Shown here: in pieces, positions 13,336 to 25,843 of the stretch
Layout of the letters: the number at the start of each line of letters is the position of its first letter
Position numbering within the stretch: position 1 is the first letter of the stretch
NCBI GenBank assembly: GCA_031416075.1
Contig: JANOSY010000047.1
Location: 1 to 64,000, forward strand
Length of the DNA: 64,000 bases
Origin: Candidatus Tenderia sp.
GTDB lineage: Bacteria; Pseudomonadota; Gammaproteobacteria; Tenderiales; Tenderiaceae
Direction of reading: 5' to 3'
Notes under the pieces: generated by a model
Told to the model about the DNA's origin: nothing
The model's input: the letters and a program-made list of their open reading frames with translations, nothing else
Database searches by the model: none
Translations under genes and position numbers: made by a program

Positions 13336-13971
13336 ATGAGCCAGATCATTATTTTCAACAAGCCATACGACGTGCTTTCTCAGTTCACTGACAGTGATGG
13401 GCGTGCCACTCTGGCTGACCATATCGACTTAAAGGGCTTCTACCCGGCGGGCCGTCTTGATCGTGACAGCGAAGGATTGCTGATTCTGACCAATGATGGC
13501 AATACCCAGAGCCTGATCGCCGAGCCGCGCCACAAAATGGCCAAGACCTACTGGGCACAGGTCGAAGGTCTTCCTGATGAGGCGGCGCTAGCGCAGCTAC
13601 GCCGCGGCATTGAACTCAAAGATGGCATGACTAAGCTGGCTGAGGCACGACTGATCACACCTGACTCACTCTGGCCCCGTACCCCGCCCATCCGCTACCG
13701 CGCCGAGATCCCTGATAGCTGGATAGAACTCACTATCCACGAGGGGCGTAACCGCCAGGTACGGCGAATGACAGCAGCTATAGGACACCCTACCCTACGA
13801 CTAATTCGCCGGCGTATTGGCCCGTGGTCACTGAATGACCTTGCCCCTGGCGAATGGACCCTCCAGGAGTGTCCAGCAGGGCTGCTGGCCCGCCACCCCG
13901 TTCAACCCCAACCGATGAGAGCCAAACACCATGGTCTGGAAACCCAACGTCACCGTCGCCGCCGTCATTGA
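13336..13971 (+). CDS. rluE: 23S rRNA pseudouridine synthase RluE-like
   Basis: FNKPYDVLSQF, AGRLDRDSEGLL, EGRNRQVRRMTAA; divergent from icd. Confidence 0.92.
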   Translation: MSQIIIFNKPYDVLSQFTDSDGRATLADHIDLKGFYPAGRLDRDSEGLLILTNDGNTQSLIAEPRHKMAKTYWAQVEGLPDEAALAQLRRGIELKDGMTKLAEARLITPDSLWPRTPPIRYRAEIPDSWIELTIHEGRNRQVRRMTAAIGHPTLRLIRRRIGPWSLNDLAPGEWTLQECPAGLLARHPVQPQPMRAKHHGLETQRHRRRRH

Positions 13972-14386
13972 ACAAGAGGGGCGGTTCCTGATGGTTGAAG
14001 AAAAGGCACCGAGAGTCAAACGCACTGTCTTCAATCAGCCTGCTGGCCATCTTGATGAAGGCGAAAGCATCATCAACGCTACTATCCGCGAAACCATGGA
14101 AGAGACTGCCCACAGTTTTATCCCCACCGCCATTGTTGGAATCTACCGCTGGATTGAACCCAAATCGACCACCACCTTCCTGCGCATCTGTTTTACTGGC
14201 GAGATCACCGCTCACGACCTGACCGCGCCCCTCGACGATGGCATTATCGCCGCCCACTGGCTGACGCTGGACGAGATTCATCAACTGGGGCCACGGTTAC
14301 GCAGTCCCCTGGTGCGACACTGCATAGATGACTACCTGGCCGGACGGCGCTATCCGTTGGCACTGCTGGTCGATATTGGGGTATAA
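13931..14386 (+). CDS. nudJ: Nudix hydrolase NudJ
   Basis: WKPNVTVAA, NQPAGHLDEGE..RETMEETA Nudix box, LRSPLV; upstream of mnmA. Confidence 0.9.
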   Translation: MVWKPNVTVAAVIEQEGRFLMVEEKAPRVKRTVFNQPAGHLDEGESIINATIRETMEETAHSFIPTAIVGIYRWIEPKSTTTFLRICFTGEITAHDLTAPLDDGIIAAHWLTLDEIHQLGPRLRSPLVRHCIDDYLAGRRYPLALLVDIGV

Positions 14387-14410
14387 GCGCAACCTGACGT
14401 TTTATATTAA

Positions 14411-15571
<1,161 letters not shown>

Positions 15572-15592
15572 CCACAAGGAATACAACACAGC

Positions 15593-16222
15593 ATGCAACA
15601 CAGTTATCGCGAACAGGTCACCGCTTTTGCCGGCATCTGGCAATCCGTCAAGCTGGTACAGCAGGTGGCACGCCATGGCCGGGCCGACAGCGCCGACATG
15701 GCCGTCTGCATCAACAGCCTGTTTGAGATGGACCCCAACAGCTTTGACGACATCTACGGCGAGACCAAAGGGCTGACCACCGGCCTGAATACCATTCTCG
15801 ATCAGTTTGGTGACGCCACCAATCAGCGTGACATGGAACTGACCAAATATGTCATCACCTTGATACACCTGGAACGCAAGTTGATGCAGCAACCCGCCAC
15901 ACTGGAAAAGATCAGTCGCGGGCTGCGGCAGGCCAAAAGCCAGGCCGAACATTTTGGCTCCAGCACCCATGAAAACGTCTTTGCCAGCATCGGCGAACTC
16001 TACTCCACCACCGTCAGCACACTCAAACCCAAGGTCATCGTCCAGGGCGAACAGGGGCACCTGAGTAACAGCAACAACGCCGCCAAGGTCAGAACCCTGC
16101 TGCTGGCGGGCATCCGCTCTGCGGTACTCTGGCGTCAATGTGGTGGCCGCCGCCTTGGGCTGATATTCAGCCGCAAGAAGCTGCTCAACCAGACCAAAGA
16201 ATTATTAAACGAAAGTAACTAA
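15593..16222 (+). CDS. hflD: High-frequency lysogenization protein HflD
   Basis: KVRTLLLAGIRSAVLWRQCGG; between mnmA and purB. Confidence 0.94.
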   Translation: MQHSYREQVTAFAGIWQSVKLVQQVARHGRADSADMAVCINSLFEMDPNSFDDIYGETKGLTTGLNTILDQFGDATNQRDMELTKYVITLIHLERKLMQQPATLEKISRGLRQAKSQAEHFGSSTHENVFASIGELYSTTVSTLKPKVIVQGEQGHLSNSNNAAKVRTLLLAGIRSAVLWRQCGGRRLGLIFSRKKLLNQTKELLNESN

Positions 16223-17617
<1,395 letters not shown>

Positions 17618-17621
17618 ATCA

Positions 17622-17651
17622 GGCATGGGGTAAAATTTATTGCCCCATGCC
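17622..17651. repeat. Inverted repeat directly after purB
   Basis: GGCATGGGGTAA-aattta-TTGCCCCATGCC; no U tail. Confidence 0.6.
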
Positions 17652-17717
17652 GTGGCTTAATCCAATTCTGTGATCAGGGACACAGTTTCTTTTGCCCGCA
17701 ACCACCATAATTCAATC

Positions 17718-17820
17718 GTAGGCGCTGTGTAACACCCCCCCGCATCCACCCCGACGCTCCCGTTACATAGCGCCCTACACCAGACCCGGACTGCCTGATA
17801 AAGACAGCCCGGGTTTTTTT
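17718..17820 (+). ncRNA. Candidate structured small RNA (~100 nt)
   Basis: CATAAT at 17706-17711; 16-bp stem GTAGGCGCTGTGTAAC/GTTACATAGCGCCCTAC with a C-rich loop; then a hairpin ACCCGG..CCGGG plus T tract. No -35 element found. Confidence 0.35.
17784..17820 (+). terminator. Intrinsic terminator upstream of the iron-uptake promoter
   Basis: ACCCGGACTG..CAGCCCGGG followed by a T7 run. Confidence 0.6.
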
Positions 17821-17879
17821 ATCCACCCCTTTTAAAGCCGCTGCATAATTTATTTCACACCACACTAGACAATCGTACT

Positions 17880-17898
17880 GAGAATCACTATCATTATC
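17880..17898. promoter_or_regulatory. Fur box
   Basis: GAGAATCACTATCATTATC matches 15/19 of GATAATGATAATCATTATC; 40 nt upstream of an iron-uptake operon. Confidence 0.8.
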
Positions 17899-17938
17899 AC
17901 TAACATCACTATTCAACCCCTTTATGGAGCGCATCAAT

Positions 17939-18280
17939 ATGCAACAGATTATAAAAAAAGGCAGTGCAACACTTCTTACCATACTCACCCTCGCCTTCTC
18001 CATGCATGTGGTGGCCGCAGACGAATATCTGCTGGTGATCAAAGACCACACCTTTGAACCCGCCGAGATCAAGATACCTGCCGGTCAAAAGGTAAAACTG
18101 ACAATTCATAATCAAGACTCAACACCGGAAGAGTTTCATAGCGACGACCTGAAACGTGAAAAGGTGGTCCTCGGCGGCAAAAAAGCCACTATCTCCATCG
18201 GCCCACTCAAGGCCGGCAGCTACAACTTTATGGGTGAGTTTCACGAAGCAACAGCCAAAGGCCGTGTCATTGCTGAATAA
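17939..18280 (+). CDS. Periplasmic cupredoxin-domain protein (FtrB/EfeO-N type)
   Basis: Signal peptide; FEPAEIKIPAG, EEFHS..REKV, YNFMGEFH; adjacent to an FTR1 permease. Confidence 0.88.
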   Translation: MQQIIKKGSATLLTILTLAFSMHVVAADEYLLVIKDHTFEPAEIKIPAGQKVKLTIHNQDSTPEEFHSDDLKREKVVLGGKKATISIGPLKAGSYNFMGEFHEATAKGRVIAE

Positions 18281-18303
18281 CGACCCAGTGTAAGGAGCCA
18301 GCC

Positions 18304-19131
18304 ATGTTATCCACCGCCATCATTATGTTTCGTGAAGTCCTCGAAGCTGCCCTGATTATCAGCATTGTCATCGCTGCCACCCGAGGGGTCACCCACCGTG
18401 GCAAGTGGATAACCTTGGGGGCTGTTGGCGGGCTGCTGGGGGCCGCTGTAATCGCCATGTTTGCCGATGTGATTACAGCGGCGCTTACCGGACGTGGTCA
18501 GGAGCTGTTTAATGCGGCGATTCTCTTCACCGCCGTGATCATGCTCGGGTGGCACAATATCTGGATGAAGCAGCATGGTCGGACACTATCGATGCAGATG
18601 TCAGCCATGGGGCGCTCAGTTCTCGAAGGTAGCCGCCCCTTGCGTATTCTTGCTGTGGTCATCGGTTTGGCACTGCTGCGCGAGGGTTCCGAGGTGGTGT
18701 TATTTCTCTACGGCATCGCCAGTGCCCAAACAACCAGTACCGACGCCATGCTGACGGGCGGGCTGATGGGGATTGCTGCAGGCACGACACTTGGTTATCT
18801 GCTTTACCGTGGTCTGCTCAAGATCCCCAGCAGGCATCTTTTTAGTGTCACCAGCTGGCTGATCCTGTTGCTGGCGGCGGGCATGTCGGCCCACGGGGCA
18901 GCCTATCTGGTACAGATCGACATTCTGCCATCACTAGGGCATGAGATCTGGGATACCTCAGGCATCCTCTCAGAACAGAGTATTACTGGTCGGCTGCTGG
19001 GGACATTGGTCGGGTATGTGGCCCGTCCCGACGGTATTCAGGTGCTTTTCTATCTGATTACCACCATCACCATTATCAGTTTTATGAAACTAGTCGACAA
19101 ACAGCCGGCCCGGTTGGCGGTGACACACTGA
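18304..19131 (+). CDS. FTR1-family iron permease (FtrC/EfeU-like)
   Basis: Two RExxE motifs (REVLE, REGSE); multiple TM segments. Confidence 0.93.
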   Translation: MLSTAIIMFREVLEAALIISIVIAATRGVTHRGKWITLGAVGGLLGAAVIAMFADVITAALTGRGQELFNAAILFTAVIMLGWHNIWMKQHGRTLSMQMSAMGRSVLEGSRPLRILAVVIGLALLREGSEVVLFLYGIASAQTTSTDAMLTGGLMGIAAGTTLGYLLYRGLLKIPSRHLFSVTSWLILLLAAGMSAHGAAYLVQIDILPSLGHEIWDTSGILSEQSITGRLLGTLVGYVARPDGIQVLFYLITTITIISFMKLVDKQPARLAVTH

Positions 19132-19144
19132 GTTAGTCCCCCTT

Positions 19145-19193
19145 AGCCCGAACTGTATCCCTCCCCTCCCTCCTCACAGTTCGGGCTTTTTTT
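19145..19193 (+). terminator. Intrinsic terminator after FTR1 gene
   Basis: AGCCCGAACTGT-(C/T-rich loop)-ACAGTTCGGGC followed by T7. Confidence 0.8.
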
Positions 19194-19248
19194 ACTGTCT
19201 CTGTTATAGAATGTTTGCTCATACAAAATAACAGAGGGGCAGATCACG

Positions 19249-19764
19249 ATGACACTCACGCTAAACGGTCTGATATTGGGCGAATCCAATGATCTACTGC
19301 CCACCGAGAGCAGTGGCGACGTATCCGAAGCGACTGTGGCACTGGCACAACAGGCCCGCCGCACTTTTGATATTTTTACCCAGCACCTCGATCAGCGTGT
19401 CTACAACAGCGTCGCACTGTATGAAGCGGTTCTCAAGCTGGCTACCCGCAGCCGTTACTCGAAGGTGCGGATTCTTATTAAAGACTCCACCCCTGTGGTT
19501 CAAAACAGTAACCGCCTAGTGGAACTGAGTTATCGCATCAGCAGCCGTCTGCAGATCCGCAAAACCGCAGGGGAACAGCTGGATTTCAATGAGGAGTTTG
19601 TGATTGCGGATGGCTGTGGATTGATGCGCCGCATCAATCCCCTCCGCTACGAAGGTGAGCTCTGTTTTAACGCCGCGCTCAAGGCGCGCCAACTGACCCG
19701 TTTATTCGACGAGTGCTGGGAGCAGAGCGCCGCTGATCCACTGCTGAGACGACTGTATATATAA
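19249..19764 (+). CDS. Conserved hypothetical protein (type often found beside or fused to GNAT acetyltransferases near purB)
   Basis: LAQQARR..IFTQHLD..Y, VRILIKD, RLVELS.RISS pattern; RBS GAGGGG; no firm function. Confidence 0.7.
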   Translation: MTLTLNGLILGESNDLLPTESSGDVSEATVALAQQARRTFDIFTQHLDQRVYNSVALYEAVLKLATRSRYSKVRILIKDSTPVVQNSNRLVELSYRISSRLQIRKTAGEQLDFNEEFVIADGCGLMRRINPLRYEGELCFNAALKARQLTRLFDECWEQSAADPLLRRLYI

Positions 19765-19797
19765 ATACCCCCTGTATCCCGTCACAACCCGCCCGAA

Positions 19798-21624
19798 TCA
19801 ACGGCCGCGTAAAAAGAGTTTATCCAGTTCATCCATGCCCATCTGTACCCAGGTGGGGCGACCATGGTTGCACTGACCGGCACGCTCGGTACGCTCCATG
19901 TCCCGCAACAGTGCATTCATCTCCGCTATGTTCAACTGGCGGCTGGCACGTACTGAGCCGTGGCAAGACATGGTCCCCAAAATCTCATTACAGCGCTCAC
20001 GCACACGGCTGCTCTCGCCTGCAATATTCAGGTCCGCCAACAGATCCTGTACCAGTGCCTTGACGTCGGCATGACGTAACAGGGCGGGTACGGCACGAAT
20101 CGACAACGTCTCGGGTCCCATGGCGCTCAGCTCAAAGCCCAGCTCCTGCAACAGAGCCGCGTGCTCCTCCGCCAGCCGTACCTCACGGGAAGTGACCACC
20201 AGCGTCTCCGGCACCAGCAGCGGCTGGCTACGAATCCCCTCCTCGGCCCAATCCTGCTTCATACGCTCATAGGTCACCCGCTCATGGGCGGCATGCATAT
20301 CCACCACCACCAATCCCTGGCTATTCTGGGCCAGGATGTAGATGCCTTGCAGTTGCGCCAGCGCAAAACCTAACGGCGGCGCATCGTGGCCATCGGTCAA
20401 AGGTTGCAGTGACGTTACACCAGCCGCCCCGTGCAGCTGATCATAGACCGATACCTGCTCTCGCACGCCCAGACTAAAGGCCTGCTGATTTTGCCGTGGC
20501 AGCGGCGCTCTGCTCTGGTAACCACCATACGGCACAATAGCGGGCGATTCGGTTTCCATTGGCGTAGTGGCTGGCGTTTGGTGAATAGAATCAGAAGAGA
20601 GGGTGGCCACCTCATCACCGGGGCGAACATTCGCCAGCGCGCGATGCAGGGTCGAAAAGAGAAAATCATGGACCATGCGGCTCTCACGAAAACGCACTTC
20701 GTGTTTAGTAGGGTGCACATTCACATCCACCTCACTCGCAGGCAGTTCAAGATAGAGCACAAAAGCGGCATGGCGACCGTGATACATCACATCCTGATAG
20801 GCCTTACGCACTGCGTGGGCAATCACCTTATCCTTGACTACACGACCATTCACAAAAAAGTATTGCAGGTCGGCCTGGCCACGGGAGAAGGTTGGCAACC
20901 CCACCCAGCCCCAGAGTTTCATACCCGCCGCCTCAAACTCGATCTCCACGGCGTTTTCAACAAAACTCTTGCCACAGATCGCCGCTACCCGACGTCGCCG
21001 CGCCTCTGCATCACTGGCCACACGCCACTGGTGCAGAGGTTTTTGATCATGTTTAAGGGTAATGCCCACATCAAAAGAGCTCAGGCCGATACGTCGCACC
21101 ACATCTTCAAGGTGGTTAAACTCGGTGCGCTCAGCCTTTAAAAACTTACGCCGCGCCGGCGTATTGTAAAAAAGGTCACGCACCTCAATGGTTGTGCCTT
21201 GGGGATGGGCGGCCGGAGAGGGTTTATCATCGGCCTCCCCCGCGTTAACTGAAAATTGCCACCCTTGTGGTTCATCAATATAGCGGGATGTCACCTTGAG
21301 ACGTGCCACAGAGCCGATACTGGGTAACGCCTCACCACGAAAGCCAAGACTCGCCACGGCGGTCAGATCATCAAAGCTGCTTATTTTACTGGTGGCATGG
21401 CGACTCAATGAGAGCGGCAGGTCATCAGGGTGAATACCATTACCATCATCACGCACACGGATGAGCGCCACGCCCCCCTTTTCGATCTCCAGATCGATCT
21501 GGCGGGCACCGGCGTCCAAACTGTTCTCAATCAGCTCTTTGGCGACGGATGAGGGGCGCTCCACCACCTCGCCAGCAGCAATCTGATTGGCAAGGTGTGA
21601 GGAGAGAAGATGGATACGTTTCAC
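19798..21624 (-). CDS. mutL: DNA mismatch repair protein MutL
   Basis: [27 protein letters not shown]; endonuclease motifs DMHAAHER and CNHGRP. Confidence 0.99.
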   Translation of the reverse strand: MKRIHLLSSHLANQIAAGEVVERPSSVAKELIENSLDAGARQIDLEIEKGGVALIRVRDDGNGIHPDDLPLSLSRHATSKISSFDDLTAVASLGFRGEALPSIGSVARLKVTSRYIDEPQGWQFSVNAGEADDKPSPAAHPQGTTIEVRDLFYNTPARRKFLKAERTEFNHLEDVVRRIGLSSFDVGITLKHDQKPLHQWRVASDAEARRRRVAAICGKSFVENAVEIEFEAAGMKLWGWVGLPTFSRGQADLQYFFVNGRVVKDKVIAHAVRKAYQDVMYHGRHAAFVLYLELPASEVDVNVHPTKHEVRFRESRMVHDFLFSTLHRALANVRPGDEVATLSSDSIHQTPATTPMETESPAIVPYGGYQSRAPLPRQNQQAFSLGVREQVSVYDQLHGAAGVTSLQPLTDGHDAPPLGFALAQLQGIYILAQNSQGLVVVDMHAAHERVTYERMKQDWAEEGIRSQPLLVPETLVVTSREVRLAEEHAALLQELGFELSAMGPETLSIRAVPALLRHADVKALVQDLLADLNIAGESSRVRERCNEILGTMSCHGSVRASRQLNIAEMNALLRDMERTERAGQCNHGRPTWVQMGMDELDKLFLRGR

Positions 21625-21688
21625 GCAAGGACTCCGGGCAGCTCAGATGGGGCCACCCATTATACGTGAGCAATCGGGGTAAAAAAGG

Positions 21689-23152
21689 TTAACTACCGCG
21701 AAGCGGGATCTGTAATACCTGGCCAATACGGACGGTATCATCCTTAAGCTGGTTGGTAACACGCAAAATACGGGCACTAACGTTGTATTGAGTGGCGATG
21801 CCAGCGAGTGTATCGCCACGTTTAATCACATGTTCACGCGCCGCAATACGGGTACCATCAGGCGGATTACTGGCAAAATAACTCCGCACCCCTTTTATCA
21901 TTGCGTCTGCCAGCTGTTGCTGGTAAACCGCCGATCTAAGATTGGCCTCCTCTGAAGGATTAGAGATAAACGCTGTTTCTACCAGAATGGAGGGGATATC
22001 AGGCGACTTCAGCACCACAAACCCCGCCTGTTCAACGCGGTGTTTATGTACCTTGCCAACCCGCTTTAACCCTTGCAATACACGCCCGGCCACATCCAGG
22101 CTCGCCTCAATTGTGGCGTTCTGGGAGAGATCCAGTAACACCGAGGCCAGTAGCGGGTCTCTACCATCCAGCGCTACGCCACCCAGCAGGTCTGCCGAGT
22201 TCTCACGGTTTGCCAACATCCGCGCCGCCTCATTGGTGGCCCCCCGCTGAGACAGCGCATAGACCGACGCACCACTGGCGCGGGGATTCAAAAATGCATC
22301 GGCATGAATGGAGATGAACATATCTGCCTTGGAGGTGCGGGCTTTGTTGATCCGATCACGGAGACTGACAAACACATCATCATCACGGATCATCACCGGC
22401 ACCATACCCGGCTCCTGGCGGACACGCTCGGCAAACTGGCGGGCAATCTGCAATACCACATCCTTCTCCCGAGTACCTTTGCTGCCAACAGCCCCGGAAT
22501 CTGCACCACCATGCCCCGCATCAATAGCGATAACAACCTCTCTTCCGGCACGGAAGGTCTCTGTTGGGGCTGCCGTTTCAGGACGCGGTACAATCGTGAC
22601 TGGGGTGGGGGTGGGTATCGCAACCGCCAGTGGTGCGGAAGGTGCTACAGGTAGCGCCAGCGGCTCGATGCGTCTTACCGGCTCATCCACCCTGGAGGCA
22701 ATGACGGGCACCGAACGCCTGGACGGCGCACCATCCCTGATATCCACAACCAGGCGGTGGCCATGCCCATCAGAAGGTGGCAACAGATATGCCTTGCCTT
22801 TGGCCTGTGCCGACACTTCAAATACCAGCCGCAAATCACTGCCGTTGCGTATGCCAACGCGCATTGCTGATATAGGGGTATTGGCAAAACTGATTGCTGG
22901 TGAATCGCCGGTACGAACAACATCGCGCAGATCAACCACAAAACGGTCGGGGCTGGAGAGGGAAAAATATTTGATCGAACTGGGACCGCCCAGTTCAAGC
23001 ACTACACGCGCCACCCCATCCTCGTGCCCAACACGCAATGTGTTGTACTTCATGATATTGGCGGCCCAACTTGCAGTTACAGGCAACAGACACATCACCA
23101 CCAAAGCCACCGTGCGGCGCACTAGCTTGATGTTTTCCTTATAGATACTCAT
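21689..23152 (-). CDS. amiB: N-acetylmuramoyl-L-alanine amidase (AMIN + Amidase_3 + LysM)
   Basis: IDAGHGG, SIHAD, VLKSPDIPSILVETAFISN; C-terminal LysM (HVIKRGDTL); between tsaE and mutL. Start uncertain. Confidence 0.92.
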   Translation of the reverse strand: MSIYKENIKLVRRTVALVVMCLLPVTASWAANIMKYNTLRVGHEDGVARVVLELGGPSSIKYFSLSSPDRFVVDLRDVVRTGDSPAISFANTPISAMRVGIRNGSDLRLVFEVSAQAKGKAYLLPPSDGHGHRLVVDIRDGAPSRRSVPVIASRVDEPVRRIEPLALPVAPSAPLAVAIPTPTPVTIVPRPETAAPTETFRAGREVVIAIDAGHGGADSGAVGSKGTREKDVVLQIARQFAERVRQEPGMVPVMIRDDDVFVSLRDRINKARTSKADMFISIHADAFLNPRASGASVYALSQRGATNEAARMLANRENSADLLGGVALDGRDPLLASVLLDLSQNATIEASLDVAGRVLQGLKRVGKVHKHRVEQAGFVVLKSPDIPSILVETAFISNPSEEANLRSAVYQQQLADAMIKGVRSYFASNPPDGTRIAAREHVIKRGDTLAGIATQYNVSARILRVTNQLKDDTVRIGQVLQIPLRGS

Positions 23153-23281
23153 CACAACTTTAACTTTTCCAAATTTCCCGTACATTTTGAAGGATACAAC
23201 ATTTTTCCATAAAAAATAGGTATATGCCTTTGTTTACCCCTGTTTTTTCGACAATTGCGTCAATATCTTTAGATATCCCCG

Positions 23282-23737
23282 TTACTCTGCCAATGCAACA
23301 GCAATCTGCCTGCCCTTTTCTGACACTGCCATGACGGTCACATGGCGGGCCGTTCCGTCGTATGCAATCGTCACTGTCACATCCGCAGCGGGCAGTACAC
23401 CGGCACCACGCTGTGGCCACTCCACCAACAAAATGGCATTGTCGGTCAACCAGTCACGCAATCCCAAAAACTCCAGCTCTTCCGGATCGGCCAGCCTGTA
23501 CAGGTCCAGATGATAAATCTGCCCTGCTGGCAATTCGTAAGGTTCGACCAATGTATAGGTCGGGCTACGCACGCCCCCCTCGTGGCCCAGGGCGCGGAGA
23601 AACCCCCGTGCCAATGTCGACTTGCCCGCCCCCAACTCACCCACCAGATAGATAATCGCCCCTGGCCGGCAGGCTCCCGCTAACCGTGCGCCCAGCGCAC
23701 GCATTGCCATGTCATCCCGAACTGATAACAGCACCAT
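23282..23737 (-). CDS. tsaE: tRNA threonylcarbamoyladenosine biosynthesis ATPase TsaE
   Basis: GELGAGKST, SPTYTLVEPY, HLDLYRL, VEWP. Confidence 0.97.
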   Translation of the reverse strand: MVLLSVRDDMAMRALGARLAGACRPGAIIYLVGELGAGKSTLARGFLRALGHEGGVRSPTYTLVEPYELPAGQIYHLDLYRLADPEELEFLGLRDWLTDNAILLVEWPQRGAGVLPAADVTVTIAYDGTARHVTVMAVSEKGRQIAVALAE

Positions 23738-23948
23738 CGTTTATAAGTTCCCAAAACGTTAATCGAATCACCGGCTATTTTACGCCACTCCCCCGCCAAA
23801 ACGTGACCCATTTCACACTTTGGCCACGCTGCCGATAACTCACGGATAGAAGGCAGTGCTGCACGGATAAGTGGCCCACTGCTCCTAATGATCATCTTTT
23901 GCGCTGCCGATGTTACAGATAAGCCCCACAAGAGTCAGGCCAATAGCC

Positions 23949-24461
23949 ATGTTGAAGAGTCATCAATCAAAAATACCAAATCAGCCAAGAGGCTTTGAGC
24001 ACGGCTTTACGCTGATCGAACTAATGGTCACGCTGGCGGTTGCTGCCATTATGATGACGATGGCGGTGCCCAGTTTTACCTCAATGACCAAAAACAACCG
24101 CCTAACCACCCAGACCAATCTGTTAGTTACCGCACTGAATCTGGCCCGCAGTGAGGCGATCAATCGCCGGGCGACTATCGATGTTATCGCCCTTGATGCC
24201 AGCAACAGCAGCAGTGAGTGGGGCAAAGGCTGGAAAGTGGTCATCAATGGCGGGGCAACGCTAAAAATATTCCAGTCACTCGAGGGTGGCTCTACCCTCG
24301 ATAGCGCTAACAGCGTCTCCACTATTCAGTATCTGGCCAGCGGCCGGGCCTCGACCACCGACACCTTTACCATGTGTGACGACCGTGTCGCTGAAACGGG
24401 GCGTCAGATATCTATTCTGACCACCGGTCGGGTGAGTACAACCACGGTTGCCTGTTCCTAG
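23949..24461 (+). CDS. Type IV minor pilin FimT/FimU (GspH-like)
   Basis: G|FTLIELM prepilin motif; ALNLARSEA; C-terminal Cys pair; first gene of minor pilin operon. Confidence 0.9.
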   Translation: MLKSHQSKIPNQPRGFEHGFTLIELMVTLAVAAIMMTMAVPSFTSMTKNNRLTTQTNLLVTALNLARSEAINRRATIDVIALDASNSSSEWGKGWKVVINGGATLKIFQSLEGGSTLDSANSVSTIQYLASGRASTTDTFTMCDDRVAETGRQISILTTGRVSTTTVACS

Positions 24462-24471
24462 GAGGGCGATG

Positions 24472-25089
24472 ATGAAAACTGCTTCGCATTCCCGACCATT
24501 AACACCGAAGAGAAAGATGATCGGCCTCACCATGATTGAGATCCTGGTGACCCTGATTATCCTCTCCATCGGACTGTTAGGGATGGCTGCCCTGCAGCTG
24601 ACTGGTATTCGTAGTGCCAACAACTCGACCTACCGTACCCAGGCAACACTGCTGGCCGATGATATGGCTGAACGGATGCGCGCCAATATCACCGCCGTGG
24701 ATAACAATGCCTTTATGGCCTTTAACTCTGCGGCCCTTGACTGCAGCGTTACCCCCAACCCGTATTGCGGTGAGTATTACAACGGCTCTGCCAACGTCGC
24801 TGCCCAGAGCTGTACCACGGCGCAAATGGCCACTTACGACCTTAATGTCTGGTTCTGTGGTGAGCTCAATACAAGCGCCCGGCGCGGGGGGATTCAATCA
24901 ATCCTCAACCAGGCCACCGCCACTATTACCTGTACCGACGTCAACCCACCGTCTGGGGCCGATGGCGACAACTGCACCAACCGCTCCTCATTCCATACCA
25001 TCAGCCTCAACTGGAGCGAGCTAAACCCAGACCGCAACAGCGGTGCCACCACCGTTAACCAAACCATTTCGATCTCGGTGCAACCATGA
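24472..25089 (+). CDS. pilV: Type IV pilus minor pilin PilV
   Basis: G|LTMIEILV..SIGLLGMAALQ, DMAERMRAN; GGAGG RBS. Confidence 0.92.
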   Translation: MKTASHSRPLTPKRKMIGLTMIEILVTLIILSIGLLGMAALQLTGIRSANNSTYRTQATLLADDMAERMRANITAVDNNAFMAFNSAALDCSVTPNPYCGEYYNGSANVAAQSCTTAQMATYDLNVWFCGELNTSARRGGIQSILNQATATITCTDVNPPSGADGDNCTNRSSFHTISLNWSELNPDRNSGATTVNQTISISVQP

Positions 25090-25823
25090 ACCGCTCACTT
25101 AAAACAAATACCGCACCGCGCCAACACCAACGTGGCCTTACCCTGGTTGAGTTAATGGTGGCGTCCACTATCAGCCTGTTGCTGATGGCAGGGGTCACTC
25201 AGGTCTTTTTGAGCAGTAAAGTGTCCCACAACCTGCAGAACGGCCTGGGCAGATTGCAGGAGAATGCCAGGGCGGCCCTGGATATTTTATCTCTGAATAT
25301 CAGCGCCACCGGTTACAACACTGGCGTAGGCACCGTTAACAAATTCAACGCCGCCAACACCCTTAACAACACCACACCTAATACCGGATTGGGATTTACC
25401 GTTGCCAGTGGCAAGGCTAGTGACACCATTGAAATCAACTATCTATCAGCCACTGACTGTCTTGGCCAGGCCACGGGTGGCACGGCAACCGATCGTTACT
25501 ACATAAATGGCACCAATCTTATGTGCCTTGGTAACGGTTCTGCCACACCGGGCATCATCGCCGAAGGGGTCGAAAATATGCAGATCCTCTATGGTGAGGA
25601 TAGTGACAACGACAAAATTGCCAACCGTTATATCAATGCCAGCAATATTGCTGCCAACCCTATTGTTAGTGTCCGTATTGCACTGCTGGTCAGCACCAAT
25701 GAAAACATAGGCACCGTTGATAACAATACGTATGCACTGCTGAACACCCCCTTACTTGGCCCTATTAAAGACAACCTGTTACGCCGCGTGTTTATCCGCA
25801 CCATTATCCTGCGCAATTCGTAA
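25086..25823 (+). CDS. pilW: Type IV pilus minor pilin PilW
   Basis: G|LTLVELM, RLQENAR, EGVENMQILYGED, SVRIALLV. Confidence 0.92.
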   Translation: MNRSLKTNTAPRQHQRGLTLVELMVASTISLLLMAGVTQVFLSSKVSHNLQNGLGRLQENARAALDILSLNISATGYNTGVGTVNKFNAANTLNNTTPNTGLGFTVASGKASDTIEINYLSATDCLGQATGGTATDRYYINGTNLMCLGNGSATPGIIAEGVENMQILYGEDSDNDKIANRYINASNIAANPIVSVRIALLVSTNENIGTVDNNTYALLNTPLLGPIKDNLLRRVFIRTIILRNS

Positions 25824-25843
25824 TGACTATCAAGGAGACAGAC

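Noticed and set aside
15593-16222. hflD/hflKC/hflX as evidence of a prophage
   Set aside because: These are host genes in their usual contexts; no phage genes are present.
17674-18072. 132-aa minus-strand ORF over the Fur box
   Set aside because: Overlaps the cupredoxin gene, Fur box and hairpins; no protein-like features.
22308-23144. 278-aa plus-strand ORF
   Set aside because: Antisense to the amidase gene; Ser/Thr/Arg-rich shadow composition.
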